32,000 nt of DNA from a virus: the IMG/VR virus record IMGVR_UViG_3300014964_000192, positions 1-32,000 of that record. One strand, 5' to 3'. Below the pieces are notes generated by a model. The model saw only the letters and a program-made list of their open reading frames with translations. It had not been told where the DNA came from and ran no database searches. Each line of letters starts with the position of its first letter. The first letter of the stretch is position 1. The translations under genes and the position numbers were made by a program. Below are positions 1-7,746 of this stretch, piece after piece.

Positions 1-69
1 TTCTACTTCTGCCACCCCTTCGCCTGCGAGGACGGCCGGCAGGGCGATAAGCTCACCCCATTCTCATGA
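1..69 (+). CDS. 3' end of an upstream gene (partial, product unknown)
   Basis: Frame 1 is open from the window edge to TGA 67-69 (...FYFCHPFACEDGRQGDKLTPFS*). Third codon positions are almost all G/C, as in the confident genes. Too short to name. Confidence 0.35.
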   Translation, partial: FYFCHPFACEDGRQGDKLTPFS

Positions 70-318
70 TAATCGGAACGCTTCGCGAGGGAAGAAGTAA
101 AGCCAAGAGACTTGCACAAGGAATCCTCTGCCTTATCGAAGACGCGAGAAACACTCATGCCGCCCATGGTCTTATCAAATCCGTTGATTCCAGGCATCCA
201 AATTTGTTGCTCCGCCGAAGCGGGGAACGGTCATTTCTGCCGCCCTCTCATGGTCGCCCATGAGTTCAGACTGTGCCTTCATCCCAGGGGGATGCTCCGT
301 GTCCAGTCGTTACACCTT

Positions 319-330
319 CCCCTATAGGGG
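319..330. promoter_or_regulatory. Perfect 12-bp palindrome CCCCTATAGGGG in the leader of the early operon (candidate operator)
   Basis: Read directly from the sequence. It lies about 95 bp upstream of the first early gene. A near-identical core, CCCCTTTAGGGG, sits upstream of the late operon at 11358-11369. Confidence 0.35.
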
Positions 331-425
331 CTTGGCTCGGCGTTATCTGAACTACCATGTGTATTTCTCTCATCATACCATTTTCGCCGGACGTAATCAA
401 GGAAAATTTGAAAGGAGGAATTTAT

Positions 426-629
426 GTGCCTATTCGTATGCTGCGTGAGCGCATGGGGATGACTATGTGCGAGTTGGCTGACAGGATGGGAGTTTCTGTA
501 GCTACTGTCTCCCGATGGGAAACCGGAGAGATGATACCAGTCACAACTAGGCTCAGGGCTTTGGCTGATGTGCTGCACTGTACCGCAGACGAATTGCTGG
601 GCCGGGAGCCGCCCGCGGAATCCAGCTGA
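426..629 (+). CDS. XRE/Cro-like helix-turn-helix transcriptional regulator
   Basis: GGAGG at 414-418 is followed 7 nt later by GTG 426 (ATG 438 is an alternative start). MLRERMGMTMCELADRMGVSVATVSRWETGEMIPVTTRLRALADVL is a classic XRE-type HTH. First gene of the + strand early operon. Confidence 0.8.
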   Translation: MPIRMLRERMGMTMCELADRMGVSVATVSRWETGEMIPVTTRLRALADVLHCTADELLGREPPAESS

Positions 630-664
630 TATTTCGACCATACACCAGAAAGGAGAGAAAGTCC

Positions 665-1144
665 ATGTCGGAAGAGTGCCGAAACATCTATAAAAGGGCA
701 CGCCGCAGAGCCGGTTACACCCAGGAAGCGGCAGCAGAAATATTAAACATTTCCGTGGAGAGCCTGCGGGCCTACGAGACAGACCGCCGGGTACCGTCCG
801 GGGATGTGGTGCTCCAGATGATGATCTGCTACAACTGCCACCAGTTGCCCACCTGGCATTTGCAGGCGACCAGTGTTTTGTTCAACAGCGTCGTCCCCCG
901 CCTGGAGGAGCGGAGCCTGTTGGCAATCACCGTGCGGATATACAACCGCCTGCACAGCTTTCAGGAGGATAACCGTCTGAACCGGCTTTTAGCCATCGCC
1001 GAGGATGGTGTCATCGACGACCAGGAGCGGCCCGAGTTCGAGGCCATCATTGCGGACCTGCGGCAAATCATTCAATCCGGCCTGGAGCTGGATGTGTTTT
1101 GCGGCGATGGAAGCACATACGAGGGAAAGGGGGACGATGTATGA
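665..1144 (+). CDS. XRE-family HTH regulator with a roughly 100-aa C-terminal domain of unknown function
   Basis: ATG 665 follows GGAGAG. The N-terminus YKRARRRAGYTQEAAAEILNISVESLRAYETDRRVPSGDVVLQM is an XRE-type HTH. Confidence 0.8.
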   Translation: MSEECRNIYKRARRRAGYTQEAAAEILNISVESLRAYETDRRVPSGDVVLQMMICYNCHQLPTWHLQATSVLFNSVVPRLEERSLLAITVRIYNRLHSFQEDNRLNRLLAIAEDGVIDDQERPEFEAIIADLRQIIQSGLELDVFCGDGSTYEGKGDDV

Positions 1145-1371
1145 GCAGCCATTACAACGAAATCAAGGAGAAGCGCCAAATCCTTCGGGATATCTACGGC
1201 GGGATGATGACCATAGCGGACCTGACCAAGGAGTTGGGGTATGGTTCCCCCAAATCTGCCCGGGCCTGGCTGTCCACGGTGGGGGTGGAGGCGGTAAGGG
1301 TCGGCCGGGGCATCCGTTACGAAACCGACCAGGTAGCCAAGGCCATCGTGGACGGCAGGGGGATGGTGTGA
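1141..1371 (+). CDS. Small DNA-binding-like protein (excisionase/winged-helix type, unverified)
   Basis: ATG 1141 overlaps the upstream stop (ATGA). The 76-aa product contains MTIADLTKELGYGSPKSARAWLSTVGVEAVRVGRGIRYETDQVAKAIV, which resembles small wHTH DNA binders. Confidence 0.55.
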   Translation: MSSHYNEIKEKRQILRDIYGGMMTIADLTKELGYGSPKSARAWLSTVGVEAVRVGRGIRYETDQVAKAIVDGRGMV

Positions 1372-1373
1372 CC

Positions 1374-1499
1374 ATGTGGAGGAGACTGTTCAAGGCTCAC
1401 CCCTGGCTGGAGGACATTTTCAACTGGGGCGTGCTCACCGCTTCGGGGCTGGCGTTCCTGCTGGCTCTGGCTGTGTACTTAGGGAGGGTAATGGGATGA
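1374..1499 (+). CDS. 41-aa single-pass membrane peptide
   Basis: MWRRLFKAHPWLEDIFNWGVLTASGLAFLLALAVYLGRVMG has one hydrophobic helix. ATG 1374 lies 3 nt after the upstream stop, and its TGA overlaps ATG 1496 (ATGA). It is hidden inside the listed ORF 1005..1499. Confidence 0.45.
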   Translation: MWRRLFKAHPWLEDIFNWGVLTASGLAFLLALAVYLGRVMG

Positions 1500-1774
1500 A
1501 CGTAAGGACAAGGCAGCGCAAAGAGGAGCTGCTGAGACTGGTAGACCTGATAGAGCGTCTGCCGGTGGAGGTGGAGATCAACACCGCAAGCGCCAGCTCG
1601 CACGACGCCCCCGAGCTGCTGCTGATCAGCGGACTGGATTCGGTGGCGGCCGCTTATGGGCTGGAGATCAAGGAGCGGCGGTTTGAGTATGAGGATTCCT
1701 GTAACACCCAGCGCACGGCGGTCTTGGATGGTATTCTGCTGGTGCAGATCGTTTCCGATTCGGAGGTGGGATAG
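1496..1774 (+). CDS. Hypothetical protein (92 aa)
   Basis: ATG 1496 is translationally coupled to the upstream peptide. GC3-rich coding frame. No motif recognised. Confidence 0.6.
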   Translation: MNVRTRQRKEELLRLVDLIERLPVEVEINTASASSHDAPELLLISGLDSVAAAYGLEIKERRFEYEDSCNTQRTAVLDGILLVQIVSDSEVG

Positions 1775-2041
1775 GTGGCAAAGAAGATTTTACCCAAGGC
1801 CACCAAGTCCAGCATGGTGAAGCTGCTCCGGGCCAAGGGCTACGATGTGCCCTCCCTCTACCAGGCAACATTTGAGCGGGTTCGCCACACTTTCTGGTTG
1901 CGGTGGCGGGACAAAGCTGGAGTACCCCATTCGGCGTACTACACCGGGGCAGGTGGCCGGCCGGTGCTTCAGGTCGATAAGACGTGGATCGACCTCACTA
2001 TGTCGGAGGTGGTTCATTTTGGCCTGTGCGAGGAAAAATAA
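1775..2041 (+). CDS. Hypothetical protein (88 aa)
   Basis: GTG 1775 lies immediately after TAG 1772-1774. Coding-like composition. No motif recognised. Confidence 0.55.
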   Translation: MAKKILPKATKSSMVKLLRAKGYDVPSLYQATFERVRHTFWLRWRDKAGVPHSAYYTGAGGRPVLQVDKTWIDLTMSEVVHFGLCEEK

Positions 2042-2146
2042 AAAAGTCCCGCATGACTGTGAGCGCAGCCACGCGGGACCCGTACTCAAAGAGTACAATA
2101 AGGACATGCTTATGATAACACAGCAAAATGGATTTGACAAGGGGGT

Positions 2147-2443
2147 ATGCGGGTGATTCCGGAAAATTTACGGGAGCAGTGGGAGCTGGTCCAAGCCAGA
2201 ACCGAAGTGCTGTTCCTGGCGGACCACGGCGGCGGGTACCCGGACTGTCTGGCCGGGGACGGTCTGACTCCAGCGGCCCGCCGTGCGATCTTGCGCCGCA
2301 TGGGCTTCCGGGTAGCGGAGGAGTACGATATGCCCGACCCAAAGGACTGGGACAACCCCGTCCGGTGGCCCTGGGTACGGCTGACCAACGGCGTAGCGGT
2401 GTGCCTGGTGGACGGGATCGTCAGCCGGGCAAACACGAGGTAG
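2147..2443 (+). CDS. Hypothetical protein (98 aa)
   Basis: ATG 2147 (or GTG 2153) follows a G-rich SD. GC3-rich frame. No motif recognised. Confidence 0.6.
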   Translation: MRVIPENLREQWELVQARTEVLFLADHGGGYPDCLAGDGLTPAARRAILRRMGFRVAEEYDMPDPKDWDNPVRWPWVRLTNGVAVCLVDGIVSRANTR

Positions 2444-2447
2444 CCGG

Positions 2448-2780
2448 ATGAGCCTGCGTCTGAAAGACTGTACCAAGTCGGAATTGCTTTTTATTATCCA
2501 GCAGTTCAAATTTCATTGCGGCTCCAGCGGAGAATATTACCTCATGCAGGCTCTTGGCGACGTGCGGACGCAGCGGCTGGAAGCACGCTATGCCGAGGCA
2601 GACAGGCTGTCCGCTCTTTCGTACAGCAAGCGGCAGGAATATATTACGCTGCTGTCGCCGTATGAGGGGGTGCGGCTGTCGGAGATTCCTATGGCTGTGC
2701 TGGAGGCCGCTGAAACCGCCATGAAAGAGGCCCAGGCGGCAGACCGCAAGTGGGCCGACCTGATGATGAAGGAGAGGTGA
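2448..2780 (+). CDS. Hypothetical protein (110 aa)
   Basis: ATG 2448 lies 5 nt after the upstream stop. The C-terminal half looks helical or coiled. No motif recognised. Confidence 0.6.
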   Translation: MSLRLKDCTKSELLFIIQQFKFHCGSSGEYYLMQALGDVRTQRLEARYAEADRLSALSYSKRQEYITLLSPYEGVRLSEIPMAVLEAAETAMKEAQAADRKWADLMMKER

Positions 2781-3673
2781 GAACTATACCAGACCATCAT
2801 TTTAACCCTGTGCTGGCTCAGTCCTACGGGGTGGACATCGCTGTTTTCCTGCATAACATCTACTTTTGGCTCAAGCATAACAAAGCCTATGAGAAGAATT
2901 TTTATGAGGGTAGATACTGGACGTTCAACTCCCTGGCCGCTTTCTGTGAGGCGCACCCCTACTGGAGCCGCCGGCAGATCGAGCGCATCATTTCCGCCTG
3001 CAAGAAGAACAGTCTGCTTTTGACAGGCTGTTTCAACCAGGACAGACGGGACAGGACAAGCTGGTATTCTCTCTCTGATAAGGCGCTGGCCTACTTCGCG
3101 GAGTGTACCACCGAAACGGCTGGATGCATTTCCCCGTTCGGTGAAATGCATGACACGGAACGGGGACAATCATTTCACCAAACGGTGACACCATTACCAG
3201 ATATAAACCCAGATAGCAGCCTAACAGATAATCCCCCCAAAGCCCCCCAGGGGGCGGCGGGCTCAGAAAGACCAAAGCGGCACCGAGCGGCAAAAGCGGC
3301 GCCCGATTGGAAACCGGAGCGGTTTGAGGGCTTCTGGCGGATGTACCCGCTGAAGAAGTCCAAACAGGCGGCGATACGTGCCTGGGACTCACTGCGTCCG
3401 GATGACAGGCTGCTGGCGGTGATGGGCCACGCTCTCCAGCGTCAGTTGGCCAGCCCGGAGTGGCAGCGGAAGATTCGGGAGGAGGACGGCCAGGGCATTC
3501 CCTACCCCGCCACCTGGATCAATGGCCGGCGCTGGGAGGACGAGGACCAGCCCCCCGCGGCTTCTCTGCCTGCCTCGAATGCTGGCAGGCTTCCTGCTCC
3601 ATCTGCACCCCGGAACTTCCACACGGAGATGATCAACGGGGAGGAGGTGATTGTCTACGATGAGAGCACTTGA
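2750..3673 (+). CDS. Putative replication initiator / replisome organizer (winged-helix N-terminal domain)
   Basis: The start is ATG 2750 or GTG 2777 (GTGA overlap with the upstream stop). The N-terminal ~110 aa resemble phage DnaD/O-like organizer proteins. The motif FEGFWRMYPLKKSKQAAIRAWDSL recurs in phage replication-module proteins. The gene overlaps dnaB, and DNA repeats occur mid-gene. Function is assigned from context plus motif recall. Confidence 0.65.
   Translation: MGRPDDEGEVRTIPDHHFNPVLAQSYGVDIAVFLHNIYFWLKHNKAYEKNFYEGRYWTFNSLAAFCEAHPYWSRRQIERIISACKKNSLLLTGCFNQDRRDRTSWYSLSDKALAYFAECTTETAGCISPFGEMHDTERGQSFHQTVTPLPDINPDSSLTDNPPKAPQGAAGSERPKRHRAAKAAPDWKPERFEGFWRMYPLKKSKQAAIRAWDSLRPDDRLLAVMGHALQRQLASPEWQRKIREEDGQGIPYPATWINGRRWEDEDQPPAASLPASNAGRLPAPSAPRNFHTEMINGEEVIVYDEST
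3124..3179. repeat. Iteron-like repeats (candidate ori) inside the organizer gene
   Basis: ATGCATTTCCCC (3124-3135). GGTGAAATGCAT (3140-3151), the reverse complement of ATGCATTTCACC. ATCATTTCACC (3169-3179). Nested 8-bp inverted repeat CCCCGTTC/GAACGGGG (3132-3139 and 3158-3165). An A/T-richer stretch with three CAGATA copies follows (3198, 3210, 3225). Confidence 0.4.
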
Positions 3674-5084
3674 GGCAGAGCAGGCCGTGATCGGCTCCAT
3701 CCTCATTGACTCCAGATGCCTGGAGGCGGTGACCCGGCTGCTGCGGCCCCAGGATTTTGCCGCAGAGACGAACCGGGAGATATACCAGGTAATCTTGGCT
3801 ATGGACCGGGCAGAGCAGCGTGTCGACCCTGTGACCGTACTGGAGGGCATGAAGCGGGCGGGCTGTTATGTCGAGAATACATCCCGTGGCTACATGCTCC
3901 AACTGATGGACACAACGCCCACGGCGGCCAACGTGGAGGAATATGCCAAAATCGTCCGGGAGGCGTCGCTGTCCCGGGGGGCCACAGCCATCTCAGCGTA
4001 TATCGCCGATGAGATCGCGAAGCACGCCAAGCCGCAGGAGGTTCTGCTTGAGGCCGCCCACCGTCTGGAGCAGCTGCAGAAGGAGGGCGTTGAGGACGTG
4101 CTGCTTGAGCCGGACGGCGCCGTCTTGGCTTTCTATGACCACCGGGAGCGCATCTATCAGGACGGCGATTCCGCCTATGTCAGGACGGGGTATCAGGACC
4201 TGGACAGGCAGCTGGGCGGCGGAATGCTGAACAGCGGCATGTATGTCCTTGCGGCCAGGCCCGGCATGGGGAAGACCACCCTGGCCATCAACATCGCGGA
4301 CCGTCTGGCCCGGAACCGAAAGCCTGTGCTCATTGTGTCGCTGGAGATGGACCCAGAGCAGATTGAGGCGAAGCGGATTGCCAGAGAGACCGGGATACCC
4401 GCCAACCGCCTGCTGATGGATGCCCTGACCGAGAAGGAGGAGGAGAGCGTCGCCCATGCGGTGGACGTGCTTCGGACCCTGCCCGTGTACTTTAACCGGA
4501 GGGACACGGTCACTGTGGCGCAGATCGAGATGATGGCCCGGAGAGTCAAAGGGCTGGCTCTTATTGTGATCGACTACATCGGCAAGATTCTTCCGGAGAC
4601 ACGGAGCTCCGACCGCTACGACTACATGACGGAAATATCCGGGGCCATCAAGAATCTTGCCCGGCGATTCCGGGTTCCGGTGCTTGTCCTGTGCCAGCTG
4701 AACCGGGCGGTGGAAGCCCGCAAGTCCCCTATGCCGGTCCTGTCGGACCTGCGGGATACGGGAGCCATTGAGCAGGACGCGGACGGCGTTATCTTCCTGT
4801 TTCGGCGGGAGTATTACAGCGTGGCGGACAAACGGACAATGGCTGACCTGCAGGTCAGCGTGGCAAAAAACCGGCATGGGCCTGTGGGGGACTGCATGAT
4901 GACCTTTGATCTTGAGACCAGTAAGATGATTACTTCCCGCCGGGAGCCGATTGCCCGGACCACAGACCGAACTGAAAAGCCCGGGCAGATGACCTTTGAG
5001 GATATGACAGGCAAGTGGGACGGAGAGTTTCCCTTCGGAGATAAGGAGGAGCATGACCATATCGGCGCGGCGCCGAAAACATAA
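3660..5084 (+). CDS. dnaB: Replicative DNA helicase, DnaB family
   Basis: N-terminal AEQAVIGSILID. Walker A LAARPGMGKTT. IVSLEM. Walker B LIVIDYIGK. Also CQLNR, SDLRDTGAIEQDADGVIFL and VAKNRHGP. ATG 3660 is preferred over TTG 3651. Confidence 0.95.
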   Translation: MRALEAEQAVIGSILIDSRCLEAVTRLLRPQDFAAETNREIYQVILAMDRAEQRVDPVTVLEGMKRAGCYVENTSRGYMLQLMDTTPTAANVEEYAKIVREASLSRGATAISAYIADEIAKHAKPQEVLLEAAHRLEQLQKEGVEDVLLEPDGAVLAFYDHRERIYQDGDSAYVRTGYQDLDRQLGGGMLNSGMYVLAARPGMGKTTLAINIADRLARNRKPVLIVSLEMDPEQIEAKRIARETGIPANRLLMDALTEKEEESVAHAVDVLRTLPVYFNRRDTVTVAQIEMMARRVKGLALIVIDYIGKILPETRSSDRYDYMTEISGAIKNLARRFRVPVLVLCQLNRAVEARKSPMPVLSDLRDTGAIEQDADGVIFLFRREYYSVADKRTMADLQVSVAKNRHGPVGDCMMTFDLETSKMITSRREPIARTTDRTEKPGQMTFEDMTGKWDGEFPFGDKEEHDHIGAAPKT

Positions 5085-5102
5085 AACGAGAGGACGAGTA
5101 CA

Positions 5103-5870
5103 ATGAGGACAACCGTGATACTCAACTTAAAGGGCGGAGTGGCCAAGACGGCCACCGCCGTCAATCTGGCGGCTATCCTGGCCAGCGACTACAAGAAAAC
5201 GGTGCTCCTGGTGGATGCTGACAGCCAGTGCAATGCTACCGAGTTTTTCGGCGGCGACCCAGTCAAGGGTGGTCTGGCGGATGCACTCCGCCACGACGGG
5301 GATGGCGGCCCGTTCGCAGCAGCCTCCATCCAAACCAGCAATTTCCCCGGGGTGGATCTGCTGTGCGGATCGGAGGACCTGATGGACCTGGACCTGACTA
5401 AGGTGGAGCTCCAAAGTGTGCGAGCAACAGTGCTGCGAGAGATGGTCCAGCGGTCGGCTGTCCGGGACCGATATGACTACTGCATCGTGGACTGCCCGCC
5501 GGCATTCAATGCGGCCAGCACCGCGGCACTGATTGCGGCAGACGATGTGATCATCCCCATTAAACTGGACGCCTTCGCTCTGCGGGGGATGGGGAACCTC
5601 ATGCGGCAGATCGCTAACATGCGGAAGATCAACCCGTCCCTGCGGCTGTCCGGCTGTCTGCCCACCATGTGGTACAACAGCCCTCTGATCGTGGAGGCGG
5701 AGAAAACGCTGGGAGCCAGCGGCCTGCCGATGTATCCCCACATCCGCCGCACAAACAAGGTGGACGCCATGACCTTTGCCCAGGAGCCGCTGCTGCTCAC
5801 CAGCCCCAGAAGCTCCGCCGGGATAGATTACCGTGAGTTTGTCAGAGAGTACATAGAGAGGGGGAACTGA
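5103..5870 (+). CDS. parA: ParA/Soj-type partition ATPase
   Basis: Deviant Walker A ILNLKGGVAKTATAVNLA. LLVDADSQCN. CIVDCPP. The 255-aa size is typical of ParA. Sits immediately upstream of parB. Confidence 0.92.
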   Translation: MRTTVILNLKGGVAKTATAVNLAAILASDYKKTVLLVDADSQCNATEFFGGDPVKGGLADALRHDGDGGPFAAASIQTSNFPGVDLLCGSEDLMDLDLTKVELQSVRATVLREMVQRSAVRDRYDYCIVDCPPAFNAASTAALIAADDVIIPIKLDAFALRGMGNLMRQIANMRKINPSLRLSGCLPTMWYNSPLIVEAEKTLGASGLPMYPHIRRTNKVDAMTFAQEPLLLTSPRSSAGIDYREFVREYIERGN

Positions 5871-5872
5871 GC

Positions 5873-7711
5873 GTGGCCGACAAAAAGGGCTTTGACCTGG
5901 CCAACCTGCTGAAAGATGTGCCCAAGTTGGACACCGCCGATGGCCGGGAGCAGATCGAGTACATCGACATCGGTCAGATTGAGAGTGACCCCGACAATTT
6001 CTACAATCTGGTTCAGCTGGAGGAGCTGGCCTCCAACATTGCTGTGGTGGGCCTCCAGCAGCCCCTTCGGGTGCGCACCTCGGAAACGGACCCGAAGAAA
6101 GTAGTCGTTGTGTCAGGCCACCGCCGCCAGGCGGCGCTGAAACTGCTAATCAAGGAGGGGCGCGAGGACCTGCGGGAGATTCCCTGCATCCGGGAACGCG
6201 TCACAGGCTCCGCCGCCCTCCAGGAGCTGCGGCTGATCTACGGCAACAGTGACACCAGGGTACTCTCCTCCGCCGAGCTGGCCAAACAGGCAGAGCGGGT
6301 GGAACTGCTGCTCTACCAGCTCAAGGAGGAGGGCTTTGAGTTCCCGGGCCGGATGCGGGACCATGTGGCCCAGGCCTGTAGAATCTCCGCCCCCAAGCTG
6401 TCCCGGCTCAAGGTCATCCGGGAGAATCTGATCCCGGAGTACATGAACCTGTTTGAGAAGGACAAGCTGCCTGAGCAGACGGCCTACGCCCTGGCCCGAC
6501 TGCCTGGAGACTTCCAACTCCGCATTTTTACCGCCTTGTCCGACAAGATTCCTAGAGGGGACAAGGTTGAAAAGGTACTGAGCAAATACAACGAGGGCTG
6601 GCGGTGGGAGCCGCAGCTGACCTGCCCTGACGGCAAAACTTGTAAGCGCGGGGACACGTTTCTGCGACGGGACTGCGAAGCCCCGGGTTGGGCGGGTTTT
6701 TGCGGCGGAAATACCTGCTGCCTGGAGTGTGATCAGGCAACAGCCAGATATTCCCCCTGTGAGCGGATGTGCAGCAAGGCCAAGGCCCAGCGAAAAGAGG
6801 AAGCCGACAAGAAAAAAGAGGAGGAGCACAAGCACCTGCAGAAGCAGGGCCGGAAGTGGCAGAAGGAGACCCAGGGCTATGCCAAGCGGCTCCTGCGTGC
6901 CATAGATGCCGCCGGGGTACCGGATGACGCCAAAATCAACTGGAGCTATTATGACGATATTCTTGTGTCTACCATCCGCCAGTGGGCCGCCGGCGAGTTT
7001 GACGATCCGGCCGATTGGCATGGTGCCCGGCTGATTCCGGGCAGATGCTACGGTGACCGTCTGGCAGAAGTCGCCAAGCTGTTGAAATGCTCCACCGACT
7101 TCCTGATGGGCCTGACGGAGGACATCCGCCCGGTGCCGGCCCAGGAGGAGCCGGAGGCCCCCGTGGCGGAGGACCCCGTGGAAGCCCTGGAGGAAGAAAC
7201 TGCTTCGGCGGATTCCTGGGATGATATTTCGGAGGTCCTGGACCATGTGGCGGCACCGGAGGAACCCGGCCGTCGGATTCGCTGGGAGAGCCGGGGCAGT
7301 ACACCGCCAGTAGACAAACTGATTCTTACTTATGAGCTGACAAATGCGGGACCTGTGTACCGGGCCGCAACATGGACCGGAAGCGTATTCCGGGCGCCTG
7401 GAACGTGGAAAGAGCTGACCGGGCTGCGATACACTTCTTGGATAGAGATACCATCCCCCGGCAGCGGCGAGGTCTGTGAGGTAGCCCCGCCCGAACAGGC
7501 AGAGGGCCAGCTGGTGATCTGTGGCTGGATGCCTGGTGGGACTTTCCCCTCGGAGCCTGGGGATGTGGTGGCTGAATGGGATCTTGAGGATGGAGGCCCC
7601 CTGTTCCGTTCCATTGGTTACTTTGATGGCGTTGACATCCGCCTGGGCCAGGGTGGAGTGAAACCGGATGGTAGACTGATACGCTGGTTTTCCTTGCCTC
7701 CGGTGGAGTAA
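5873..7711 (+). CDS. parB: ParB/Srx-domain partition protein with a long atypical C-terminal half (612 aa)
   Basis: GTG 5873 follows GAGGGGGA. N-terminal FDLANLL motif. ParB N-domain with arginine patch VVVSGHRRQAALKL. HTH AQACRISAPKLSRLKVI. A 9-Cys cluster follows (nt ~6621-6772), then a K/E-rich segment, an acidic linker and two W-rich C-terminal repeats. Confidence 0.85.
   Translation: MADKKGFDLANLLKDVPKLDTADGREQIEYIDIGQIESDPDNFYNLVQLEELASNIAVVGLQQPLRVRTSETDPKKVVVVSGHRRQAALKLLIKEGREDLREIPCIRERVTGSAALQELRLIYGNSDTRVLSSAELAKQAERVELLLYQLKEEGFEFPGRMRDHVAQACRISAPKLSRLKVIRENLIPEYMNLFEKDKLPEQTAYALARLPGDFQLRIFTALSDKIPRGDKVEKVLSKYNEGWRWEPQLTCPDGKTCKRGDTFLRRDCEAPGWAGFCGGNTCCLECDQATARYSPCERMCSKAKAQRKEEADKKKEEEHKHLQKQGRKWQKETQGYAKRLLRAIDAAGVPDDAKINWSYYDDILVSTIRQWAAGEFDDPADWHGARLIPGRCYGDRLAEVAKLLKCSTDFLMGLTEDIRPVPAQEEPEAPVAEDPVEALEEETASADSWDDISEVLDHVAAPEEPGRRIRWESRGSTPPVDKLILTYELTNAGPVYRAATWTGSVFRAPGTWKELTGLRYTSWIEIPSPGSGEVCEVAPPEQAEGQLVICGWMPGGTFPSEPGDVVAEWDLEDGGPLFRSIGYFDGVDIRLGQGGVKPDGRLIRWFSLPPVE
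5918..5934. repeat. Candidate parS-like dyad 1, GTGCCCAAGTTGGACAC (one arm mismatch), inside the 5' end of parB
   Basis: Read directly. Member of a 4-copy 8+1+8 palindrome family. Confidence 0.55.
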
Positions 7712-7716
7712 AAAAT

Positions 7717-7733
7717 GTGTCCAACTTGGACAC
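7717..7733. repeat. Candidate parS-like dyad 2, GTGTCCAACTTGGACAC (perfect), 6 nt after the parB stop
   Basis: Read directly. Embedded in the 31-nt repeat at 7712-7742. Confidence 0.55.
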
Positions 7734-7746
7734 CGAGGAGGAAACG

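Noticed and set aside
3-197. Minus-strand 64-aa ORF running off the left edge
   Set aside because: No recognisable motif and mediocre GC3. Its distal part overlaps the better-looking + strand gene tail (1-69). Cannot be excluded as the N-terminus of a divergent gene, but it is not supportable.
2046-2096. Hairpins after gene 1775-2041 (GTCCCGC...GCGGGAC with a 20-nt loop, and GTACTC-AAA-GAGTAC) as a terminator
   Set aside because: No U-run follows either stem, and the loops are too long or too short. May be regulatory, but this is not a supportable terminator call.
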